37,710 bases of DNA from a virus (taxonomy: Duplodnaviria > Caudoviricetes): positions 1-37,710 of IMG/VR virus record IMGVR_UViG_3300020045_006323; one strand, 5' to 3'. Below, piece after piece: positions 8,768 to 18,093 of this stretch. The first letter of the stretch is position 1; each line of letters starts with the position of its first letter. Below the pieces are notes generated by a model. It was given only the letters and a program-made list of their open reading frames with translations, made no database searches and was not told where the DNA came from. The translations under genes were made by a program, and so were the position numbers.

Positions 8768-8946
8768 TCCACTGTCGCCTTTGCTTTGCGTGTGCGGACA
8801 GAACCGCCCTTTACGCCGTCGCCGTCGTGGTCGAGCGGATCAACGAACAAGGTGAAAGCCGCGTCGTCAAAATCGTCAGCGTTGATGATGACGAAAGGGC
8901 CTTGTTCTTCACCCCAAGGCATTACGCGAACGGTTCCGATCTGCAT
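8764..8946 (-). CDS. Small protein after capsid gene
   Basis: 60 aa; GGAG RBS; DPLDHDGDGVKGGS Dx[DN]xDG-like motif. Confidence 0.65.
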   Translation of the reverse strand: MQIGTVRVMPWGEEQGPFVIINADDFDDAAFTLFVDPLDHDGDGVKGGSVRTRKAKATVE

Positions 8947-8967
8947 GATAATCGCTCCACAAGTAGG

Positions 8968-8991
8968 CAGGCGGGACCGAAGCCCCGCCCT
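8968..8991 (-). terminator. GC-rich hairpin after capsid gene (no clear U-tract)
   Basis: GGCGGGGC-TTCG-GTCCCGCC on minus strand. Confidence 0.45.
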
Positions 8992-8997
8992 TTCCCG

Positions 8998-10128
8998 TCA
9001 ACCGAGAACCAAGGCCGAGAACTCGGGGTTAACGGTCTTGAAGCCCCATGCGAGGTGGAGTTCCCAAGTGATCTGGCCGTACTGTGCGATTTCCAGCATC
9101 AGGTAGGTCATGCCCTTGTTGTCGCTCACGAGCATCTGCTTGATGGTCGGGTTAGCAGGCATGAGAGGCGGACGGAGAGTGCCGACAATGGCGTTGCGTT
9201 CAAACGCGAGGTTGGGAACGTAGTTGCTGCCGACCGTCATTGCCGTTGCTGCGGCGGGTATGGCTTGGCGCAAACCGGGAGCAGCCAGCGTCACAACGCC
9301 ACCCGCCAAAGCACTAGCCACAACATACTTGTTCGTGTCACCTGCAAAAGTGACCACATCGCCAGCCAGGACGGTGCCGGTGCCGGTGATGAGGGTGATC
9401 GCCGTTGCACCAACAGCATAGCCAGCGGTGTTGGTCGTGTACGAAGCGCCAGTACCCTTGGTGTGGGTCGCAATGCCCGCCGATGCGTTTGGCAGGAAAC
9501 CGAACTGGCGATTGATGTTTCCCGAACGGCGTTCAGCGTCCGAACCAGCCTGATAGGCGTTTTGCAGGATGCCCAGCTTAAGCATTGCTGCCTCTGCCGA
9601 AGTATCGCCCACAAACTGCATATCGGCCTTTGGAGCGCCATTGTCCGAGAGGATTTTGCGAGCATCGACCAGCAAGTTGACATCGGAAGCGAAAGGCGTT
9701 GTGCCAGCGGTGCCGATGGCGCGCGATGCACCAAGCTTCACAGCCAGAGCGGCATCGACTTCGGCTTCGTTCCGCAGCGTCCGCATTCCCTGCATGATAA
9801 GCTGGCGCGCCCATTCCTGCGAATCCGCGCCGTTATCCAGCGAACGCAGTTGTTCGCCACTCAGGTGCCAATCGACCTTGCGCGATTTGGTGATCTGGAC
9901 GCCGACTGTCGTGCCAGTGGCATCCGCACCAGTTGAGGCCACATTGCTTGGGCTGAAGTCAGAAGCAGCGCGGACAGGTGCGACAGGAACTTGAACAGTG
10001 TCGCCCTTGGCAACGCCTTTGTCGTCGAAAGTGGTGTTGATTGCGGAAACGACGCCGAACGGTTCGGCTGCGACTTCCTTGGCGGCACTGAAAAGTGTGG
10101 GTGCAAGTGCGGTGAGCGTATTGGCCAT
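8998..10128 (-). CDS. Major capsid protein (P22 coat/HK97-fold, with insertion domain)
   Basis: MANTLT..; KGDTVQVP; Thr/Gly-rich insertion; NLAFERNAI; LAWGFKTVNPEF C-terminus. Confidence 0.9.
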   Translation of the reverse strand: MANTLTALAPTLFSAAKEVAAEPFGVVSAINTTFDDKGVAKGDTVQVPVAPVRAASDFSPSNVASTGADATGTTVGVQITKSRKVDWHLSGEQLRSLDNGADSQEWARQLIMQGMRTLRNEAEVDAALAVKLGASRAIGTAGTTPFASDVNLLVDARKILSDNGAPKADMQFVGDTSAEAAMLKLGILQNAYQAGSDAERRSGNINRQFGFLPNASAGIATHTKGTGASYTTNTAGYAVGATAITLITGTGTVLAGDVVTFAGDTNKYVVASALAGGVVTLAAPGLRQAIPAAATAMTVGSNYVPNLAFERNAIVGTLRPPLMPANPTIKQMLVSDNKGMTYLMLEIAQYGQITWELHLAWGFKTVNPEFSALVLG

Positions 10129-10167
10129 GTGAGGCACTCCGGGAATAGCGTTTCGGGGTTAACCGCG

Positions 10168-10228
10168 AAGGCGCTGCCTTGAGTGCGGGTCCCGGCGCTG
10201 CCGGAGGTGAGAGGGCGCTGCCCATCTC
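10168..10228 (-). repeat. Three C-AGC-G loop hairpins in the capsid leader
   Basis: Minus strand GGGC-AGC-GCCC (10223-10213), CCGGC-AGC-GCCGG (10204-10192), AAGGC-AGC-GCCTT (10180-10168); 17 bp at 10189-10205 are identical to 4314-4330. Confidence 0.75.
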
Positions 10229-10239
10229 GAATGTTGCGA

Positions 10240-10268
10240 AGAATCGCCTATCTTGGCGCAAATGTCAA
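10240..10268 (-). promoter_or_regulatory. Sigma70-like promoter upstream of capsid gene
   Basis: TTGACA-N17-GATTCT on minus strand, immediately after hairpin CGGGGTGG..CCGCCCCG that follows the scaffold stop. Confidence 0.65.
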
Positions 10269-10299
10269 CGGGGCGGTTTTTACGCCACCCCGCCCGCCA

Positions 10300-10953
10300 T
10301 TATGCCGCGTCCTGAATAGCTGCACCTGGCGTCTCAAAGAACTTCGCGCGCTCGACAGGATTCATCGCTTTGAACTGGTCGTTCGTGATGACCTTGCCCG
10401 TCACGCCCCCGCCATTGCCACCGCCAGCACCGCCGCCGCCGTTGATCTGTGCCGCAACGAAGTGCTTGCCCTCGTCACCCGACGCCCATTCTTTCACGAA
10501 GTCAGCAAGCGCCTTGTCGCCAACCTTGGCAACGCGGCTATCGCCGTTGGTTACGATCTCGACGCCGCCCGCGTGCATGGCAATCGCCGCCTTTTGATGC
10601 ACAGGATTGGTGACGCCCGCCGCCGCGAGTTCGGCGCGTAGGCCATTCTCGACAAGTAACTTGCGCGTGAATGCGCTTTCACCTTCGAGTTGCTTCGACG
10701 CGGTTTCGGCAATCTTGGCCGCGTCCTTGGCTTCCTTTTGCGCCTTGCCCAGATCAGCCTTAAGCCGGTCGTTTTCGGTTTCGAGCGCGGTCAAATCTTC
10801 TGGCTTAATTTCGGTCGCGCCGCGAAGCTTGGTCTTGAGGTCTTTCACTTCGCCCAGCAATTCGTCGCGCTTGGCGAGAATGGGCGACATGGCGTCGTCA
10901 ATCGCTGCCTTGAGTGCAGCCTTGGTTTCTGGGTCGTTTGCATCAAATGGCAT
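10300..10953 (-). CDS. Capsid scaffolding protein
   Basis: Coiled coil (KRDELLGEVKDLK), FVKEWASGDEGKHFV, Gly-rich linker; upstream of capsid gene. Confidence 0.85.
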   Translation of the reverse strand: MPFDANDPETKAALKAAIDDAMSPILAKRDELLGEVKDLKTKLRGATEIKPEDLTALETENDRLKADLGKAQKEAKDAAKIAETASKQLEGESAFTRKLLVENGLRAELAAAGVTNPVHQKAAIAMHAGGVEIVTNGDSRVAKVGDKALADFVKEWASGDEGKHFVAAQINGGGGAGGGNGGGVTGKVITNDQFKAMNPVERAKFFETPGAAIQDAA

Positions 10954-10961
10954 ATCGGTTC

Positions 10962-11993
10962 CTATCGTGTGCGGAGTTCATTCAATGACAATTCGCGACC
11001 TGTCCCGCTCACAAGATCGCGCACCGAAATTTTGCCTGCTCTGTAAAGAGCGGCCCGTTCTTTCCCCAGCGTAGCCTCGACAAATGCGTCGGACTGCCGC
11101 GCAAGGAACTCGTCAAATGTGGTCTTGCCGTTTATCGGCCCGTCCTTTGAGGCGCGCTGGCTTGTGTCGGCGGGTTCATCGATATTGAGGCCGATCTCGC
11201 GGAAGGTTTTAGGGATGGGTGACAGGACGCAGCGGTCGCCAAAGTGAATAGGCGGGGCCATGAAATTAACCTTGGTTCCTGCCAGCTTTTCGCCGTCGAG
11301 GTTCCACGCTTGTCCATCCAACGCAGCGCACCGATTGCAGGTGTGGCCGTCAAACGTTGCAAGCCAGCGCACGCCTTTAATTACCCGCGCATTCTTGCGG
11401 AACGTCTCCAGCCTTGCCCGATTGGCCGCAGACATCACTGAGGAATGAACCAGCGCACGGGCATTGCGTCGGGCAACGTCCATGATACCCGGCTCCCCGC
11501 GCCTGCCGACGATGCGTTGCACAATGCGCTCTTGCGTTTCGCCGTTGATGATCCCCTGCCGCACCTGTGCCGCAAAACGGAATGCCACATCGCCAGCCTG
11601 CTTTGCCCACCATGCAGAGGAAGGCGCGCCCTCGATCAGCACATCGTTTCCAAGGCTCAGCAGCGTGGCGTCGGTTGGCAGACGGATATCGACGGGGATA
11701 ACGTCCTGTATGATTTCCTGCGTTTTCTCGGCAACCATCACCGCAAGGCCATAGGTATCGACAGACGCACCGGCCCGCTTGTGAGCAATGGCAATGATGT
11801 TGTCGGCTTCGGATAGCAGCGCCTCAATCTTGCGCTTGCCTGTCTCCGAAATGTCCGCCGATTGCAGCAACAGTCGAAGGTCCGTGGCGAGTTCATCCAT
11901 CACAGTTTCAACCTGCGCTTGCTGGCCAGCGGCCAAGCGCAGGATTTCAAGGCTGTGCCGAAGCACCGCGTCGGTGATGGCTTGTTCGGTCAT
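10962..11993 (-). CDS. Minor head morphogenesis protein (Mu gpF/SPP1 gp7-like)
   Basis: WLATFDGHTCNRCAALDG and PPIHFGDRC motifs. Confidence 0.88.
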   Translation of the reverse strand: MTEQAITDAVLRHSLEILRLAAGQQAQVETVMDELATDLRLLLQSADISETGKRKIEALLSEADNIIAIAHKRAGASVDTYGLAVMVAEKTQEIIQDVIPVDIRLPTDATLLSLGNDVLIEGAPSSAWWAKQAGDVAFRFAAQVRQGIINGETQERIVQRIVGRRGEPGIMDVARRNARALVHSSVMSAANRARLETFRKNARVIKGVRWLATFDGHTCNRCAALDGQAWNLDGEKLAGTKVNFMAPPIHFGDRCVLSPIPKTFREIGLNIDEPADTSQRASKDGPINGKTTFDEFLARQSDAFVEATLGKERAALYRAGKISVRDLVSGTGRELSLNELRTR

Positions 11994-12557
11994 GATTTGC
12001 CCAGCAACTTCTCGCACTCAAATAGTACGTTCTGGTTTGTGCGGAAAAAGGCATTGGCGGCGCTCTCAATTTCATGAAGCGTTGCTTGCTGCACTTTCTC
12101 GGATGCCGCCCGCAATTGAGCGACCATCACTTGGAGCCGGTCTAGGGTTGCTTGTTCGGTCACTCTGGCGACACCCCCAAAACATCCCAAACGGACTGCG
12201 CAACTGCACCTTCGTTAACAGCCATCCAACCAGTTTGGCGCAATTGAACGCTTGGGTCAGAACCACCACAGAAAGGGACCATACGGCTGCGCCCTTCTCC
12301 ATTCAGAAAAAGCAGTGTGTGCTTCTCAGGCCCTACACTTTTATCGACAACAAGCGCGGCATGGCTGTTTTTAGCGACAACTCGCTCAATCCATTTCGCG
12401 CCGTCAATCGCTTCATCGATAGTCACGCCGCCACCTCAAACACCTGCAACTGGCCACTGTCGATCATGCGTGGTTTCCAGAACTGCCACCACTTGCGTGA
12501 CGGGTTGCGGATCATGCGGTTAAATCCCGCCATTGTGATCTTGTCGCCTGCCTCCAT
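11990..12557 (-). CDS. Three small hypothetical genes between portal and gpF (12557-12423, 12426-12160, about 12163-11990)
   Basis: Chained stop/start overlaps; first (44 aa, not in track) contains RKWWQFWK. Confidence 0.5.
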
Positions 12558-13954
12558 CACGCCGCTATACTCCCCAAATCAGGCCGAGCCGGACCCTGCA
12601 TCTCGACTTCCGCCGCGTGTTCATCGAACGACTTGGCCCCATCGATCAGGTCGGCCCGCTGCAACAGCCCGAACAACTCACGGTCGGACAACTTGCCCGC
12701 TTGTACCGCGCCAACCAACGCCGTGAGTTCCTGCGCACCAAGGCCAGCGGGATTAAACTCGCGGTTGATCTCATACTTCACTTCGCCCGATGCGCCTGCC
12801 CATTGGCTGAAAATGCCAAGCGCCCATTCGATTGCGCCAGATACTTCCGTGACCAGCGACGAGAGCACTGAGTTTTCGCCTGCGCGCTTGATCTGCGTTG
12901 CGCCAAGCGTTTCGACTTGCCGCGTCTCGTCAGCAATCATCCGCGCACCAAGCACTGCCATGCGCTGCTCAAGGGCGCGCAATGCCTCGCGGGTTTCGGA
13001 CAGACCTTGGCCGGTGAACTCAAGGAACGATGCTTTTGCCGTCGGTTCCGGAAATACCCAAGCCGACGTTGACCCGATGTAAAGGCTTTCACCCTCGGTC
13101 GGATTATACCCAGACACGACAGCAGTAGGCAGGCCGGTAAAGTGCAGGCCGTGGCGATAGTCCGAATTGACCTGATAGTGGGCCACGTTGGCGTCTACCA
13201 GATCGATCAACGGCGGCTCATCCAATGCGCCCACGATGCGAAATGGAATGGCAGACAACGGCGCGTTGTTCATCAGCGGCACGACTTCCGAGAGCAAGAC
13301 CGCCTCTTGCTTATCGTTCAGCTTGAACACGCGCTGGCGATACGTGCCACCCGCGCCTTGCAGATCAAGCACCCGATAACGCGGCTCCGTCTTGCGTTCG
13401 AACTCGCCTTCGGAAACGTCGGCACTTTCAGCCAGGACGACTTGCGACAAAACCCAAGCGTTGCGGATGCGCGAGTATTGCCAGTTAATCACGCTCTCGA
13501 TTTCGTAATACTGGATCGTTGGCCGCAGTCCGAGCGCCTCTTGCGCTGCCACCGATATGCCGGTTGTGTTTTCAGGGCGTGGCGGATGATCGACCAACAA
13601 GCCGAACGCGCCGTATTCCAGCATGTCCTCGACTAAGCCCTTGGCCATGTCATCCAGCGAGCAACCAGCCATGTTGATGTCTGCAAGGAACGGTTCAACC
13701 GCAGACGGAACTTTGGTCACAGGCGGCTTGCGAAACGCCATTCCAGCAAGTCCGGCAATCGTGCGCCAAGTCGCGTTATAGAAGTCCGAACGCTTCAAGC
13801 GCGATGTGTAAGAAGCGTCGTCCTCGTCCTTCAACTTCGGCAAGTACCGTTCGCGGCCATTGTGCATCGCGTCTTGCCCGTCGATGCAATCAGAGCAACG
13901 CTGCCACTTTGGTTTAAGCTTGTCGTAGGTTGGATGGGTGGTGTTAACTGACAT
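12557..13954 (-). CDS. Portal protein (DUF4055 type)
   Basis: YLPKL..YTSRLKRSDFYNATWRTI; PPLIDL..NVAHYQVNSDYRHGLHFTGLP; follows TerL. Confidence 0.9.
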   Translation of the reverse strand: MSVNTTHPTYDKLKPKWQRCSDCIDGQDAMHNGRERYLPKLKDEDDASYTSRLKRSDFYNATWRTIAGLAGMAFRKPPVTKVPSAVEPFLADINMAGCSLDDMAKGLVEDMLEYGAFGLLVDHPPRPENTTGISVAAQEALGLRPTIQYYEIESVINWQYSRIRNAWVLSQVVLAESADVSEGEFERKTEPRYRVLDLQGAGGTYRQRVFKLNDKQEAVLLSEVVPLMNNAPLSAIPFRIVGALDEPPLIDLVDANVAHYQVNSDYRHGLHFTGLPTAVVSGYNPTEGESLYIGSTSAWVFPEPTAKASFLEFTGQGLSETREALRALEQRMAVLGARMIADETRQVETLGATQIKRAGENSVLSSLVTEVSGAIEWALGIFSQWAGASGEVKYEINREFNPAGLGAQELTALVGAVQAGKLSDRELFGLLQRADLIDGAKSFDEHAAEVEMQGPARPDLGSIAA

Positions 13955-13955
13955 T

Positions 13956-15197
13956 TTAGACGCCTCCGATTTTCAGTCGTTGCAGCCCCAAGCCGCGAAC
14001 GGGGAACTTGTAGAAAATGAAATATCCGCAAGCATCGTTCACGTGATCTAATCCGCTTGTTTTGTCAGGTTCTCCGTTTTTATCATACGCTTGTTTCTCC
14101 AATCCTTCAACCAATGAAGGGCATCTATCGACATTTACCTTGAGTTTTCGCACACCATCGCAATGGATCATCTGGTTCATTGCCAGAATGCGATTCTTTA
14201 CTGGCGGATTTGCAGCCGGTGCCAAAACAGTGAACCGCGCGGCCCGCAACAACGAGATGTCGGATTCCGAAGCGTTGTTCGATTTACGCCCACCGCCCGA
14301 TGCGTCAGGGTAAACAAATATCGCGTGGCCTTCGTAACGTGATTTGATCGCAGCAATCATGGCAGGCGTGTCGAGCAGGCCGGTCAGTTCATCAACCGCG
14401 TGCGGTTCGCCGTTGCGGATCACGAACACCGCCGCCGCCATCTGGTTGACGTTGAAGTCCATGCCGATATGCAGCGGTTCGCTTGACATCATCACCGTGT
14501 CGCAACCGTTCAACGCGCGGTCGAACTCTTTGTAAATCGAGCCGCTGGTCAGGTTGACGAACTCGCCGTCGAGATATGCTTGCAAGAGGTTGGTGGGGTA
14601 GGACGAACGCAGGCTGTCGATGTAGCCCGCTGGCAGGTTCGCCGCATTGCTCATCGTAGTGGCGCGGATAAGGCGATAACCGTTGGCCGGGTTCTTTTTC
14701 CACCGCTCAAACACAAAGCGGAACCCCTCCGGCGTGGTCGCAACACCCACCGTGTTTAACGATCCATCCGGCTTTTTCTGGCGATTACGCGCAATCACCT
14801 TGTTCCAAACATCGCGCGCCTTTTCGGTCGGCAGTGTGTCGAGTTCGTCGCAAATACTGTCCGCAACTTCATAGGCCACGATGCGCGCCGGATTGTCCAT
14901 CGTGCGCAGGATGATTGCGCCGTTGTCCTCGATATCGATCAGGCTATCGTTCTTGTTGATCTTAAACGGTATGCCGATCTCGGTCAGCACCTCCTCGAAA
15001 CGCGGCATCGCCATGCGGGCGACCAAATCGTAAGTTGGCAAATAATACGCCACCGACTGTTCAGGATAGCCGAATTTCAGCCTCAGAGCGCGCCAGATGG
15101 CCGCATGCGACTTTCCAGCCCCGAAGCCCGCCACCATAGCCGGAAACTGCTCAGAGGCCGTTACAAAGTCAAATTGAGGGCGGGTTAGGGTTAGCAT
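13956..15197 (-). CDS. terL: Terminase large subunit
   Basis: Walker A AGFGAGKS, Walker B ICDELD, TTPEG motif III, nuclease GMDFN and DHVNDA. Confidence 0.95.
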   Translation of the reverse strand: MLTLTRPQFDFVTASEQFPAMVAGFGAGKSHAAIWRALRLKFGYPEQSVAYYLPTYDLVARMAMPRFEEVLTEIGIPFKINKNDSLIDIEDNGAIILRTMDNPARIVAYEVADSICDELDTLPTEKARDVWNKVIARNRQKKPDGSLNTVGVATTPEGFRFVFERWKKNPANGYRLIRATTMSNAANLPAGYIDSLRSSYPTNLLQAYLDGEFVNLTSGSIYKEFDRALNGCDTVMMSSEPLHIGMDFNVNQMAAAVFVIRNGEPHAVDELTGLLDTPAMIAAIKSRYEGHAIFVYPDASGGGRKSNNASESDISLLRAARFTVLAPAANPPVKNRILAMNQMIHCDGVRKLKVNVDRCPSLVEGLEKQAYDKNGEPDKTSGLDHVNDACGYFIFYKFPVRGLGLQRLKIGGV

Positions 15198-15595
15198 TCG
15201 GTCGGTTCGTCCTGAACACCGAATTGCAGAATGACGGTGCGCTTTTCAGTCACCTTCGCATCAACCTTGTCGGTCAGCAGCCCATGAAGTTTCGCTTTGC
15301 CCATAGAGGCGCTCACAGCGGCGCTAGGTTGCCCAAGGCTATGTGCTAGTGACCTTGCCTCCTCTAACTCGTCTGTGAGGCTCTGGACGGTCACAAGAGC
15401 GCGTTCGGCGGCTTCTGCCTGTAGTTCGCGCACCCTTACCGATACCTTACCGTCTGCCATTAATTCCGACGCCTTCACGTTGATGACGGCGGGCTTCATG
15501 TTTTCGGCATTGTAGGCGCGGCGATATGCTTCGGATTGATTGCCGGTTTCGATGTAGGCCAGACAGAACGCCTCTTGCTTTGCGGTCAAAGCCAT
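15191..15595 (-). CDS. terS: Terminase small subunit
   Basis: MALTAKQEAFCLAYIETGNQSEAYRRAY HTH motif; start re-assigned to 15595. Confidence 0.92.
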   Translation of the reverse strand: MALTAKQEAFCLAYIETGNQSEAYRRAYNAENMKPAVINVKASELMADGKVSVRVRELQAEAAERALVTVQSLTDELEEARSLAHSLGQPSAAVSASMGKAKLHGLLTDKVDAKVTEKRTVILQFGVQDEPTEC

Positions 15596-15744
15596 CACCC
15601 CACATCCTTCCGAATAGCATCCCGAACCAACCCACCGACAAGCCAGACGTTGGCGATGATACAAAACATCCAAGCTGCGATTGCCCGCCCCGTGATTGAT
15701 GATCCGAGCATCGCGGCGAAAAACACAAGCGCCATGACCTTCAT
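15595..15744 (-). CDS. Small two-helix membrane protein
   Basis: MKVMALVFFAAMLG..AIAAWMFCIIANVWLVGGLV; coupled to terS. Confidence 0.45.
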   Translation of the reverse strand: MKVMALVFFAAMLGSSITGRAIAAWMFCIIANVWLVGGLVRDAIRKDVG

Positions 15745-15790
15745 CACCCCACCCCCATTAAAAAAACATACGCAGCCTGCATTTTCCCAC

Positions 15791-15819
15791 TTGCCAACCG
15801 GCACAATGTGCCGCATAGG
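15791..15819 (+). promoter_or_regulatory. Promoter with palindromic operator in spacer
   Basis: TTGCCA-N17-CATAGG with perfect palindrome CGGCACA-A-TGTGCCG at 15799-15813. Confidence 0.7.
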
Positions 15820-15866
15820 AGGTTCACAGACAACGGGCCACCGGCCCACCGCAAGGGAAATTGAAC

Positions 15867-16244
15867 ATGGCTAACTTTATCCCATCGAACACAGTCATCC
15901 GCGCCCGCCCAACGTACTCGCTGGTTGCTGCAGGAGACACGATTGCTCTGGTAGGCGGCAAAGGTCTTTTTCATTTTGCTGCCGAGGTTTTGAGCAACCC
16001 AAAGCACTACCTTCGTGCCGACAAAGGCTTGATGGCTGGTCTGCAAACTGCCGATGCAGTTGGTTACATCATGGCTGAAATGGACAACGGGGCGAAAGGC
16101 GCGATCATCGTCACTAAAGCGGAATACGCTGCGACTGCCGCAGAACGTGATCGTTACGCGGCTTGGCTGGCTGAATGGAAAGCCAATCGTGCATTTTTCG
16201 ACGGCATGAACGAGGGCGGTGAAGGCTATAACCCTTACCGCTAA
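15867..16244 (+). CDS. Hypothetical protein with C-terminal NEGGEGYNPY motif
   Basis: ATG 15867 after AAGGGA; first gene of a counter-oriented cassette. Confidence 0.7.
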   Translation: MANFIPSNTVIRARPTYSLVAAGDTIALVGGKGLFHFAAEVLSNPKHYLRADKGLMAGLQTADAVGYIMAEMDNGAKGAIIVTKAEYAATAAERDRYAAWLAEWKANRAFFDGMNEGGEGYNPYR

Positions 16245-16274
16245 GCCCATATCTGACCCAAAAGGAATTACATC

Positions 16275-16547
16275 ATGGACAAATTTAGATCTCGCCTCGA
16301 CATTTTCGGCACCACGATCTGGACACCTAACTTCTCTTCGCCGCGTTTGGCTGATTTGCTGGCGGCAATGCTCAACGAGGTCGCTCTCGACAACGACTGC
16401 ACCGACTTTGCCAGTTTTGCCCGCGCTCTCGATGTTAATGGCGTGAGCTTGACGATGATCCCTAACCACCATGGCCGCCCCGATACGTGGTCTGCCAATC
16501 TGCGCGAGGGCCAGTTGATGCTGGCAAAGATCAAGGCCGCAGCATGA
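16275..16547 (+). CDS. Hypothetical protein
   Basis: AAAGGA RBS, 90 aa, ATGA-coupled to next gene. Confidence 0.7.
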   Translation: MDKFRSRLDIFGTTIWTPNFSSPRLADLLAAMLNEVALDNDCTDFASFARALDVNGVSLTMIPNHHGRPDTWSANLREGQLMLAKIKAAA

Positions 16548-16744
16548 CGCCCGATACGATCCACGCAATCCGTGAGCGGGCCGGTTATACCCAAACCGGC
16601 CTTGCGCGCGTCCTTGGGCTGTCAGAGGCCAGCGGTGGGGATTATGTGCGGGCGCTTGAAAAGGGTCGGCGCTCACCATCAGGCGCGCTTGTGAGGCTGC
16701 TTGAGATGCTGGACGCGGGCGAGTTGCCAAAGCGGTATCTCTAA
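16544..16744 (+). CDS. XRE-family HTH regulator
   Basis: MTPDTIHAIRERAGYTQTGLARVLG..VRALEKGRRSPSG. Confidence 0.85.
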   Translation: MTPDTIHAIRERAGYTQTGLARVLGLSEASGGDYVRALEKGRRSPSGALVRLLEMLDAGELPKRYL

Positions 16745-16786
16745 CCACGGCCCACCCCCATCATTGCGTTAATAACCTTGCGCATC

Positions 16787-16990
16787 TCAACCGACCTTAC
16801 GAACCGCCACGACATCGCCGCAGCTTCCGTCGTGTATCCAAACAAGCTGGTCTGCCGTGTAAGAATGCTTGTCATCAACGTGGCCCGTTCTGAGTTGGAT
16901 ATGGAATTTTGCAGTCGTGTCGGGTGGTGCGCGCTTGCCGGAAACCAGCTTAAACCCCGGCGCGGGGATTAGGTCAGTCGGTAGGCTCAT
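16787..16990 (-). CDS. Hypothetical protein
   Basis: 67 aa ending WIHDGSCGDVVAVR; continues replication operon. Confidence 0.6.
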   Translation of the reverse strand: MSLPTDLIPAPGFKLVSGKRAPPDTTAKFHIQLRTGHVDDKHSYTADQLVWIHDGSCGDVVAVRKVG

Positions 16991-17534
16991 TGCTAACCAT
17001 CATCAGCGTGGACGCGGCAATCAGCGCCCGCGCTTCGTCGACAGGGATAACCTCTAAAGGCGGCTTCCATTCGCGTTCGTGCAGCCATGCCAGATGCTTT
17101 GCGCGGCTCTTGGCGTAGCGGCGGCGGGTGCCGGGAATGAACGCAGCAGTGCGGACTTCGGCAGGCGTTGGCAAGAAGGTGGACTTGCGCAGCAGTTGCG
17201 TGAATGCTTCCCGCAAATCAGAAACGGGAATGTCGTTCAGGGCCAACCAGTAAAGTTCAATCCGCTCGGATGCTTCCGCGTCCGAAACCTTGGATTGCGC
17301 CGTTGCCATCGCCAGCTTACCAATCATCACTTCGACTTGATCGCGGCGGGCAAGTTCAGGCTCGGCACTGGTCGCGAATTCAGAAAGCTGCTTCGCTGCG
17401 TTCCGCCCAACTATCGGGTTGTCGCCGCTCATCAGCAGATCGTGCAGCTTGGTTGGCAATGACTGCTCGGACGTAAGGGTTCCGTGGCTCTTCGTCGTTG
17501 CTGGCAGGCCGTGCAGGTTGCTTTGTGCGGTCAT
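16974..17534 (-). CDS. Replication partner/helicase-loader-like protein (start uncertain; overlaps upstream gene)
   Basis: YWLALNDIP..LREAF..STFLPTPAEVR motif (FxPTPAE) typical of genes after phage initiators. Confidence 0.6.
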   Translation of the reverse strand: MTAQSNLHGLPATTKSHGTLTSEQSLPTKLHDLLMSGDNPIVGRNAAKQLSEFATSAEPELARRDQVEVMIGKLAMATAQSKVSDAEASERIELYWLALNDIPVSDLREAFTQLLRKSTFLPTPAEVRTAAFIPGTRRRYAKSRAKHLAWLHEREWKPPLEVIPVDEARALIAASTLMMVSNEPTD

Positions 17535-18093
17535 CGTACTTGCCCTCAAGGATTTGTGTGATGCGGTCCGGTTTCAGAAGAAAGTCGATGCTTGCGCCGC
17601 CCCAACTTCCGGCATCGCCGCGAAGAAACGCGCTTTTCGGTATTCGCTCGATGGCTTGGGTGATTGCTTCCAGCCCATCGGATCGAATGCGGGCTTGGCA
17701 GGCTTGCCGCCGTTTCGGGCCAAGCTTGGTGCAAACCGAAAGTTTGATTGGGCCAGCCATCTCATTCCAGAGACGAACAACTTCGGAGCAGTCGTCTCGC
17801 TGAGAGAGTGTTTCACCGTTAGGTGAAATACTGGGGGTATGAATATCTTCTATAGGGGGGTCCGATGGACAATCCTTGGACCGTCCACGGACATTCCTAG
17901 GACGCTTATTGTGCGAGTTTGCAGCACGGTCATTGCGCTTGCGTTCAGCGTCACGCGCCCGCTTTTCTGCCTGCTCTTTGTCGCGTTGCAGTATCTCTGC
18001 GTCCTTGGCGTCCAAAGCCTGAACAGCGATCAAGATCGCCTCAAATGGCGCTCCTGCATCGGCCATCGCCTTCATGAGTTCGGAGGTCGTCAC
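17380..18093 (-). CDS. Replication initiator/replisome organiser-like protein
   Basis: RDAERKR linker; VVRLWNE; SAFLRG..WGGASIDFLLK..ILEGKYD C-terminal motif. Confidence 0.75.
   Translation of the reverse strand: MTTSELMKAMADAGAPFEAILIAVQALDAKDAEILQRDKEQAEKRARDAERKRNDRAANSHNKRPRNVRGRSKDCPSDPPIEDIHTPSISPNGETLSQRDDCSEVVRLWNEMAGPIKLSVCTKLGPKRRQACQARIRSDGLEAITQAIERIPKSAFLRGDAGSWGGASIDFLLKPDRITQILEGKYDDRTKQPARPASNDEEPRNPYVRAVIANQAARSADERRQPDSWAERSEAAF

Noticed and set aside
8755-9936. 393-aa plus-strand ORF, and similar long ORFs at 11788-12726 and 15744-16748
   Set aside because: Antisense shadows of well-supported genes in GC-rich DNA; no motifs.
15595-15744. Holin call for small TM proteins (also 32722-32934)
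   Set aside because: No adjacent endolysin or spanin; hydrophobicity alone is insufficient.
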